Shown here one piece after another: positions 61,937 to 64,000 of a stretch of 64,000 nt of DNA. The notes below the pieces were generated by a model. It saw only the letters and a list, made by a program, of their open reading frames with translations. It did not search any database and was not told where the DNA came from. The stretch comes from Bryobacterales bacterium (GTDB taxonomy: Bacteria; Acidobacteriota; Terriglobia; Bryobacterales; UBA6623). Position 1 is the first letter of the stretch. Every line of letters begins with the position of its first letter. A program made the position numbers and the translations under genes. The stretch is taken from positions 1,984,001-2,048,000 of the forward strand of contig OY729428.2 of assembly GCA_963422375.2 (NCBI GenBank). Direction: 5' to 3'.

Positions 61937-62368
61937 TCAGTCGTCTTCGTCGGCCAAACCGCCCATTTCGAGCACGACCCCGAACTGATCCGGAGTGACG
62001 GGGGTTACCGAGAGGCGGCTCCGGCGGACAAGCTGCATCGCGGACAGGCGGGGTTCCCTCTTAATCTGCTGGAGCGTGACCGGCTTCGGCAGCGCCCGAG
62101 CGGGGGCGAGGTCGACGACGCACCACCTAGAGTCCTCGGTGGTCGGATCTTGGTAGTACTCTTGGATCACCGTCGCCACCCCCACGACCTCCGTCCCCTT
62201 GCCCGAGTGGTAGAAGAGAAGCCGGTCGCCGAGCTTCATCAGGCGAAGGTTGTTGCGCGCCTCGTAGTTGCGCACGCCGTCCCAGTATGTAGAGCCGTCC
62301 CGGACTAGGTCATCCCACGAGTAAGTGCCCGGCTCGGACTTTACCAACCAGTGGTTTCGGTCAGCCAT
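61937..62368 (-). CDS. EVE domain protein
   Basis: WLVKSEP, WDGVRNYEARN, FYHS and RLSVTPV motifs. Confidence 0.95.
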   Translation of the reverse strand: MADRNHWLVKSEPGTYSWDDLVRDGSTYWDGVRNYEARNNLRLMKLGDRLLFYHSGKGTEVVGVATVIQEYYQDPTTEDSRWCVVDLAPARALPKPVTLQQIKREPRLSAMQLVRRSRLSVTPVTPDQFGVVLEMGGLADEDD

Positions 62369-63218
62369 CGAACCCGAAGGATACCACCAACCGCGGTGAC
62401 CGGCTGCGCGCTTCCGCTCAAGTTTCGAGGCGCTTGCCAGTCTGCCGACCGCACTCAGGCACGGGCCGCCACGCGGACGCGGAGGGTGGCTTGGAGAAGT
62501 CGGCACGCAGCCACTGCCTTCTAGGACGGGCGAATCGGGCTAGAACACATTCATTTCGAGGCCCGCTGTCGATGCGCGGCTGAGCGGGGCATTGCACTTG
62601 CGTCAAATGTACGCCGAACGCAGGTGCGGTAAGGTGCGACGATTCACCCCTGCGGGCGTGACGTGGGACCCGGGATCGCTTCGACCCCAGCAAGAGGCGG
62701 CGGCGAGGGGTCGCGGCGGCCGATGCAGTCGAATCCTCCTTTCGACTTCCGAACGCCTCGCCTATAGGCGAGCTTGCCGTGGAGGGCCCCGTACGGCGGA
62801 TTCGCCCCGGCAGTTCTCTCGTCGGGCGGGCTCGGCCGACCGGCCCCGGTCATCGTCGGAGGCCTTCGATTCCCCGGGGTCTTCCTTGCCATCGAGACCC
62901 CCTTGGAAGGATCGACCGATTGCGTGCCGCCCTTGGCCGGTAGCCCCCGGACGCCCCGGGCACTGATCATTCGCGCAGGGCCGGCGTCCTAGCTGGAGCA
63001 CGCTCGTACGCAACGCCTGATCCGGGCTCCGCCAGGAAGTATCCCCCGGCCGCAGAGTCAGCGACGGGCCTGTGTCCGCCCCCCAAGGCTCCTCCGCGAC
63101 ATGCGAGCGTGCGCCTATGCGCGGGGTCGCCCCGTTGGACGGCTGTCCACTCACGGATAATCCGGGCCAAGCGCCCCAGCCTAGCCAAGGCGGCGATGCG
63201 TCCGCCGCCACGTCCGAG

Positions 63219-63803
63219 TCATCGGTCCAGCATGCGCCGGATGTTGGACCGGTGGCGCCAGACGAGAAAAAGGGTCATCAGCGCCGAGTACTTGGTGTGC
63301 GGCATGCCCAGGTAGACTTGGATCGCCGCGGTGAAGAATACCCACGTCAGCAGCGACGCCCACGCCCCGCGCTCGTTGACTTCCAATCTGCTTCCGAGGA
63401 CGCGGACGACTAGGAAGAAGACCAAGCCGGCGCACGCCAGGGCAGGGTACATGGCGAGCATGGTGCCGGCCGAAGTGGCAATGCCCTTGCCGCCTCGGAA
63501 CCGCAGCCACGGCGAGTAGCAGTGCCCGAACACTGCGCAAAGACCGAAGAGCCAGCCGTAGTTGACGGTCAGCTCGGGGGAATAGAAGAGCCACACCGGC
63601 AGGAAGCCCTTGCCGACGTCCCCGACCAGCGAGATCAAGGCGCGCTTCTTGCTGAACCGCAGGACGTTGTTGAAGCCCGGGTTGCCCGAGCCGATGTCGC
63701 GGATGTTCGTGCCGGACCCCCACATGGCGATTACGGCGAAGGGCGTCGAGCCGCAGGCGAAGCTTGCGAGGAGTTGGAGTAGGAGCTGCATTTCGATTGG
63801 CAT
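63219..63803 (-). CDS. plsY: Glycerol-3-phosphate acyltransferase
   Basis: IRDIGSGNPG..N, D..KG, GHCYS, GGKGIAT and RHRSNI motifs. Confidence 0.95.
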   Translation of the reverse strand: MPIEMQLLLQLLASFACGSTPFAVIAMWGSGTNIRDIGSGNPGFNNVLRFSKKRALISLVGDVGKGFLPVWLFYSPELTVNYGWLFGLCAVFGHCYSPWLRFRGGKGIATSAGTMLAMYPALACAGLVFFLVVRVLGSRLEVNERGAWASLLTWVFFTAAIQVYLGMPHTKYSALMTLFLVWRHRSNIRRMLDR

Positions 63804-63810
63804 CGTGGGT

Positions 63811-63999
63811 TCAGGTCCCGAGAAGCGGAGTGAAGGCGATCAGGCCCGTGATCGCGGCCGTAGTGAGGTTGCAAAGCGTGGCCGCCAGCAGCGCCCGCAA
63901 TCCGAGGGCAGCCAGTTCCGCCCGGCGCTGCGGAAGGATCGCCCCGAGCGCGCCGACTAGGATTCCGACTGAGCCGACGTTAGCGAAACCGCACAGTCC
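63811..63999 (-). CDS. NupC/CNT-family nucleoside transporter, C-terminal end (truncated by window)
   Basis: [17 protein letters not shown]...PQRR..LA.LGLRAL.AATL.NL.TAAI.G motif. Confidence 0.85.
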   Translation of the reverse strand, partial: GLCGFANVGSVGILVGALGAILPQRRAELAALGLRALLAATLCNLTTAAITGLIAFTPLLGT

Positions 64000-64000
64000 G

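Noticed and set aside
62400..63215. 800-bp intergenic region with a gtgcgacg motif and short hairpins
   Set aside because: No domain V, riboswitch consensus or credible ORF recognised; left unannotated.

Overview
This is a high-GC bacterial chromosomal segment. Its gene content (acidobacterial-type VWA and DUF4760-like proteins, DUF1549/DUF1552/PPC proteins, four sulfatases, Tat-exported oxidoreductase) suggests an Acidobacteriota, Bryobacterales-like organism; this is inference only. Intact housekeeping genes (hemH, hflX, rsmD, bioA, pntAB, kdsC, gap, pgk, lpxD, plsY, initiator tRNA-Met) alternate with many pseudogenes (SNF2 helicase plus SWIM pair, NHL protein, TldD-like, DUF1549, MmeI-like, CocE/NonD, DUF4338, DUF167). 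There are five IS elements with mappable ends: two copies each of two IS1595-family elements and one IS30. No CRISPR array, rRNA, prophage or intact defence system is visible, and I cannot support a complete new gene system. The most unusual signals are mutational. First, the nested IS cluster at 8.2-12.3 kb carries at least ten 7-14 bp tandem micro-duplications; those in the IS1595 copies are absent from their sister copies elsewhere in the window. Second, unselected DNA appears to drift A:T->G:C, often CTGG/CCAG->CCGG. Other leads are an S1/P1 nuclease lacking about half its zinc ligands, a structured 430-bp tail inside one IS1595, a candidate structured RNA beside hflX, a decayed group II intron relic, and recurrent leaderless-type promoters. 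Family assignments come from motif recognition by eye, not database searches.
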